A DNA stretch of 55,389 nucleotides from Catajapyx aquilonaris. Its lineage: Eukaryota. The notes under the pieces were generated by a model, which had not been told where the DNA came from, did not search any database, and saw only the letters and a program-made list of their open reading frames with translations. The stretch lies in assembly GCA_000934665.2 (NCBI GenBank), contig JYFJ02002591.1, positions 1-55,389 on the forward strand. Direction: 5' to 3'. A program made the position numbers and the translations under genes. Each line of letters opens with the position of its first letter. The first letter of the stretch is position 1. This document shows positions 49,425-55,389 of the stretch, piece after piece.

Positions 49425-50174
49425 CCGTATTACCTCACTTATTGCGGCATGCCGGTATAACCTGGGGGTGGCAGGCATGCCGCAATACCCGAGGTAGATT
49501 TCCATAATTTTGATCCTTGTCAAATTTTTTGGAATGCATCTGATACGGTACTAAAATAATGTTACGGTGAAAAATGTGCGAGTACAGGGCTGTGAGAATG
49601 CAAGTTCATCTGTTGCACAGAGCATAGAGTGTGACCAAAACTACTGTGAGCCTGCTCTGAGAGGGGAATCCCCCTAAACATTACAAATGATCTGCAAAGG
49701 ATCAAGGCAAATTCCTTCAGTCCTTCGTTTTGCTATCAATAGTTCGCAGGTCGCAGATCTCGTTGACAATCAGAAGATCACTTTGCGTAGTGGTATTAAT
49801 AAAATTTGTGTGAGAAGCCTCGTCACTCAGATAATAAAATCCAAACCAAACGTATGAAATATCCTGGTAGGCATGCTTCCCTTCTTGCAGCCTGGCACTT
49901 TTAATGGAAAATGTTGCCGTATTTGAACTTAACGAACCATCTTATGGGATGTGTCAGGTGATAGACGTGTCCTGGGCTGTATTCGTACCATAGAACATGG
50001 TGTAATGCATTCCTTTGAGTAATAACAATTTTCATAGAGATCTTAAGATAACCTCCCCTCATACCGGCATACCTCACTTAGACCGGCATGCCGGTATAGC
50101 CACCCGATTGAGCATTTCTTAAAACTGGTCGACCTCGCCTACACCGGCATGCCGCAATAAGTGAGGTAATACCG
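49425..50174. mobile_element. Tc1/mariner/pogo-type MITE
   Basis: TA flanks; TIR ccgtattacctcacttattgcggcatgccggt / accggcatgccgcaataagtgaggtaataccg. Confidence 0.85.
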
Positions 50175-50340
50175 TACATTACAAATGTGTTACCACATTT
50201 AAGTGCCTGAACTAGTTATCCTCCTGAGACCTGGTGTCGACATATGTCGACATCAGTAAAAGATTTCTTTTGGCGCCAACTAGTGATGCTAACAGAACTG
50301 GAATCTGTTGGTTTCCCATTATTACAATCTGGCCTCAATA

Positions 50341-50647
50341 GGTGAATTCGTTTATGGCTGAGTGTAGCACTGGAGTGTAGCTCTAGCGCAGCCTGGTCAC
50401 GTGTGTGAAACGTCACAGTGGAAGAGGAGCTACACCCACTGCTACACCGCTTGCACCCTCCCGAACGAGCGTGCAGGCCAGAGCTACACTCGCGCTACAC
50501 CGGACCCTTGCTCTGGGATAAACGAATGCAGTGCTACACCAAGCCCCGCCCCTTTAGAGCAGCCCTCGTCATAAACGAATGCAGAACTCTCGCTGGAGCT
50601 ACAATATTGCTACACTATTGCTACACTCAGCCATACACGAATTCACC
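50341..50647. mobile_element. PIF/Harbinger-like MITE
   Basis: TIR ggtgaattcgt.tatggctgagtgtagca / tgctacactcagccata.acgaattcacc; ata/tta flanks; internal gctacac repeats. Confidence 0.75.
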
Positions 50648-50757
50648 TTATAGGTGTAGCCACCTAGTGTTGAATATCAGACTTTGGCCGCGAAAATTGA
50701 ATCACTTATGAAAATGTTGGATTCCGCTGCTGAAGCTAGGCTCTCATCTGATAAGTA

Positions 50758-51644
50758 GGGCAATTCCACGAAAAAGCAGACATGGGGTGCGGTTCTTATA
50801 TCTTGACGCAGTTGGAATCTGAGTGACTAAAACCGATAGCATGTGGACCATGGTTTCCTTAGCCATGTTAGTTTGTGACAGTATCATTCCCAACAACACA
50901 GTATTATTCCCAGAGTATCTAAGCGTGCACTCTGTGATATCCGTTCGGCTAATGCGCATTGCCAGCTGGTTATTCGCTGTACCGATATGTGAAAGGAAGA
51001 GAGACAGACGTCTTCATATAATTCAAGGGCACAAAATGCAACATTGATCTGTGCAATCACTTTGCTGTATTCATGAATGTGTGACCTTCACACAGCCACA
51101 CCAAAAGGTATCCAAAGGGAAAAAACTGACCTAGTTCCTATTTCAGTGCTGCGGAGCCATTATAAGATTATGAATTCACAGACATTCCAATCTCCAAAAA
51201 TTTATGCTACTCCCAGTAAATCGCTGTAGGTTGTACGTAACGATGCCGGGTGGTACGTAACGGGTGGATATCTCAAATGTTTTCACGTTCAAAATGAGAA
51301 ATCTCCTAATCTAATGGCATGATGAGGTTCCTCGCACCCTACTGCCCCACATGCACTTGAGATTCGAAACCTGTGCTGTCAAATTTTGCAGAGTTTCCCC
51401 CTCGTTGCATATACCCCAGAAACTGGTGTCCAATGACGGATGGTACGTAACGAGATTTCAGACAATCGCACACGCGTGGATGGCCATCGAATGAAATTTC
51501 CATGATGTCCCTCACCTTCACATTTCTGCGCTGCATCTGATTTTCATAACAGTTAATCTGTTACGGCAAGTACCTAGCCACGGTGGACTCCTAAACACCT
51601 CAATACAGCTTCCTATGGTCTGTACGTAACGCGTGGAATTGCCC
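50758..51644. mobile_element. TIR element (Sola-like ends)
   Basis: gggcaattccacg / cgtggaattgccc; flanks agta / agtt; internal gtacgtaac repeats. Confidence 0.55.
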
Positions 51645-52428
51645 AGTTTTTTTTTTTCCTCACGTACTTAGAGTGTGATTTTCTTCAATGCAGCGAATGT
51701 CCTGGGATTCACAAGGAATGTGAATTACGGGAAATACAAAAAAATGTGCCTGTGACAATCTTTGTTGCTGTAGAGAACTGGTAATTTTCTTTTCTTCCTG
51801 AGACCAAATTCCCATTTAAATGGACATCCTAAAAAAAGTTTTTTTTAGCTGAATGGGCTGTGACTTTTCTTTAAGTGCCTGTACCTATACACCCATAAGG
51901 AAGTGCACTTTTCACTATGCAGTTCAGTTTTAAAATCTAGAATAGCGAGGTACCATGCTAGGGGGTAAGAAGGGAAGGAGCAAGCCCCATGCCTGGAGTG
52001 GTGGCATTCAATAATAATTTCATTTATCTCTAATTATCTTCTGAGAGGAATTGATACCACGAATTCAACAAATGAATGTAAAAAACATTGTTTGGAGGAT
52101 AGAGCATTATGTTATGATCCATTAAGTGGCATTTAAATTGTCAGCTTTCATCCGTTCTGCTTCTGTAGCACCAATTGGGTCCTAATGTTCTCATTGGTTG
52201 TTTGTCAGTATTTTTGTCGATATTTTAAAAGTAATATTTTTTTCTCGTTTCTTATTGGGAAAATGTTCAGAAAATGCAATAGGAACTGACATTGCGTTAA
52301 AAATTCTTCTCAGGTCTCAGGAGGTTATAGTAATACTGTACATGAAACCTTCATTTACTGATAAATCTCATTATACTGAAATCACTGAGTTCTTCTATTC
52401 CATAACATTTGATAAACTGACAATACCA

Positions 52429-54265
52429 CAGGGTTGTGAACCAAACCGAACCCTTGCTCCTTGAACCCGATAACATCAGAGCCACTCCGGAGCAGTAGAG
52501 CCGGGTCCAGAGTGAGCTTCGGAACTTGGTTCGGGTTCGAACCGGTTCAGGGGAGAGTGGAACCAAGGTTGGAGCGGGTTCGGAATTTGGTACAGGGCAA
52601 TGGCTCCGGAGTTGAACCCAGTTCCAGAGCGGGTTCGGAGGGGTTCAGAGCATGGTTAGGTACAACATACCAACGCAATGGAGGGAAAGGCAGTAAAACC
52701 GCTGAATTTACTCCAGAGTATGCATCATGTTTTCATGGTGGGAGAATGACATTTCCAAGCACCTGCGATACAGGGTGTACAGCAAATGTAACATTTTGAT
52801 GTCATACGCATTTTTGTATGCCACAATATGTCATACCAGTACCCATTTTTTGGATGTCACATTCTCATGTCATACCGAGAGCTAATGGTCATGCGCATTT
52901 GTTGTACAGGGTGGGCAAAAAGTCCCAGGACACCTGTTTTTTTTGCCTGCAAAACAAATCTGTGCATGGAAAATGTGTCGGAAATGCTGGTGTAACATCT
53001 TCTGGACACTGACAGAACTGTTTGATGAGGGGAGACACCTGAGGACCCCCAACAACACCCACAGTAAGTTAACAGTGTTAACAGTGCAAGATGGCGGATA
53101 TGAGCGGGTTCACTGTGGAGGAGAGACTTATGGCTACTGTGTGGGTCCATGAGAGGCCTCATACGGGAAAGAACATAACGCACATCATGCAGGATATCAC
53201 CTGGGGCTCGTTTTGGTAAGGCGCCACTGATGAGAAGATATGAGAAATATATTTTTAAAATATATTTTTAAAAGATATGAAAAAGATATGATGAAAAGAT
53301 ATGAGAAGTAACTTGTTCAAGTGGGAGAAAAAAGCATTTAGCAAGGGAATAAGTGTCTTTCACACTTCCCGTCTTTCACATTTCCCATGCTGAATGCTTT
53401 TTTCTCCCACTTGAACAAGTTACTTCTTCTCAGTGGCGCCTTACCAAAACGAGCCCTGATATCCTGCATGATGTGCGTTATGTTCTTTCCCGTATGAGGC
53501 CTCTCGTGGACCCACACAGTAGCCACAAGTCTCTCCTCCACAGTGAACCCGCTCGTATCCGCCATCTTGCACTGTTAACTTGCTGTGGGTGTTGTTAAGG
53601 GTCCTCAGATGTCTCCCCTCATCAAACAGTTCCGTCAGTGTCCAGAAGATGTTACACCAGCATTTCCGACACATTTTTCATGCACAGATTTGTTTTGCAG
53701 GCAAAAAAAGCCAGGTGTCCTGGGACTTTTCGCCCACCCTGTATGTCACATTTTGTCATACCCATTTTTTGTATGTTACAATATCATATTGTAACATACA
53801 AAAAATGCGTATGACAAAATGTGACATCCAAAAAGATGACATATTGTGGCATACAAAAAAAAGTGTATGACATATTGTAACGTACAAAAATGCGTATGAC
53901 ATAAAAATGTGACATACAACTAATGCGTATGACATGAGAATGTGACATCCAAAAAATGGGTATGATATTGTGGCATACAAAAATGAATATGACATTCTAA
54001 CGTACAAAAATGCGTATGAAGTCAAAATGTTACATTTGCGGTTACACCCTGTATCGCGGGTGCTTGGAAATGTCATTCTCCCACTCAGGGTCCGGAGCCG
54101 TTGGCATGAACCAAACTCCGCACCCGGTCCAACCTTGGCTCCACTCTCCCCTGAACCGGTTCGAACCTGAACCAAGTTCCGACGCTTGCTCCGGCCCTGG
54201 CTCTACTGCTCCGGAGTGGCTCCGGTGTTATCGGGAGCAAGGGTTCGGTTCGGTTCACAACCCTG
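52429..54265. mobile_element. hAT-type MITE hosting two nested TIR elements
   Basis: TIR cagggttgtgaacc / ggttcacaaccctg; exact 8-bp TSD caatacca; second element ~52738-54084 with TIR gtgggagaatgacatttccaagcac. Confidence 0.9.
52907..53741. mobile_element. Palindromic Tc1/mariner derivative made of two inverted 5' ends including the transposase HTH start
   Basis: TA TSD, TIR cagggtgggc.aaaagtcccaggacacctg; MADTSGFTVEERLVATVWVHE...IRARFGKAP.RRSNLFKWEKKAFSMGNVKD resembles the DUF4817-type N-terminal HTH of insect mariner transposases. Confidence 0.85.
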
Positions 54266-54974
54266 CAATACCAAGCATTTAGGACTCATTGACATGTCAT
54301 CAAATTGCCCACAAGTATGTCATTTGCGGCTTGTTTGAAGTGAGAATCAGTGGCAAGCAAATGAGGTTGGATATGTCTGGAGGTTTTAGAAGAACTAAAA
54401 AGTCTGTTGTCAGTGTCACCAAGAAAGGTTCAAAGCATACTTTCTTTTCTGCAATTGAATCACTCTCATAATCAAAGGGCCGCCTGTGCTACATAAACTG
54501 CAATCTCGACACTTGCTGAATAGTGAATTTGTGGGACCCACCAGCACCATTTCGCTTGCCAGGCCAATTTTCCACACCTGCACACCTCTCCCAACAATTT
54601 GTCTCTTGCTCCCAGATTGGCATACTTGTGAAACTGCCATAATGGAGTATTAATTCCGCTGTACACCGGATTTTACTCATTGAGGGACATAAAAATGCTG
54701 CATGTTTCTGCATAAACTAGTTCCACTACATCTGACAAAAATTCATCTAACATCACTGCCAGGATTGCAATATGTTTTGTAAGCAAATTTCCACTATAAT
54801 CCAGGGTTTGCTGTGGGCAGGGTTCGTCAAGGGGGTAGTCACTTCGGAGAGCCGGTGTACACCCTCACTGGTGAGCCGCTGAGGGCCGGTGCAAAACATG
54901 CCTTTGTTCCTCATCATATGACGCAGTTTGCCTTTGTAGTCCTGGCAGATTTGTATTTTCGCACATATTGCGTG

Positions 54975-55389
54975 TTAATTTTGATCTGTTTGTTGGAAGT
55001 TGTTAAGCATAATGAGAAGTTTCAAAATCGACTTGTCGCCATTTTCCACCCGTCATATTACGGCCGCCATCTTGGAAAAATGGCGGAAAAAACAGGGTTT
55101 TCTGTTATATCTTTTTAACCGTTCATTTTCTGAAAAATAATTAGACATTAAACATGACGGTTACTATATGTCGCATCGAAGAGTACTCTATCAATATTAT
55201 GATAACTGTAACCGTTCAGCCAGAATCGAGCGGACAGTGTCCATTACTACCTTCGCCTGGATTAGCGCGGGAAGAATTGTTCAAAAATTCCGTGCCGCTG
55301 TAATTTAATGATAATTTTGATCTGTTTGTGGGAAGTTGTTAAGGACAATAAGAAGTTGCAAAATCAACTTGTCGCCATGATTTTAGCTA
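54975..55389. repeat. Tandem ~336-bp unit repeat running off the window
   Basis: taattttgatctgtttgt.ggaagttgttaag.a.aat.agaagtt.caaaatc.acttgtcgccat at ~54976 and ~55312; contains ggccgccatcttgg. Confidence 0.7.

Overview
Eukaryotic (metazoan, most likely arthropod/insect) genomic window: AT-rich, short spliceosomal introns, dense in SINEs and DNA-transposon derivatives. Three spliced genes can be reconstructed with GT-AG sites and consistent intron phases. Each looks like a divergent, C-terminally altered paralog of a conserved nuclear regulator: (1) a ZNF106-like WD40 protein (+, 5753-8455, ~481 aa, no recognisable zinc fingers); (2) a Polo/PLK1-derived kinase (-, 16757-11502, 7 coding exons, ~479 aa) whose Polo-box domain is replaced by an unrelated three-exon tail and whose T210-equivalent is Met; (3) a ZMYND11/BS69-like winged-helix-PHD-bromo-ZnF-PWWP protein (-, 30747-25952, ~422 aa) that stops before the MYND domain at an apparent homopolymer frameshift. 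A degenerate second copy of the kinase's novel tail exons (3.4-5.4 kb) is fused to a ~340-bp GC-rich, NRF1/GC-box-bearing promoter-like cassette. The same cassette sits upstream of the ZMYND11-like gene (32.2-32.65 kb). Also present: the 5' LTR/PBS/gag start of a Gypsy element, at least four tRNA-SINE families sharing one 3' stem-loop tail, a 3.4-kb Foldback/MULE-type element with 9-bp TSD, hAT, Kolobok, Tc1/mariner and Harbinger-like MITEs (including a triple-nested palindrome), and several TSD-less inverted duplications. All family assignments come from recalled motifs, not database searches.
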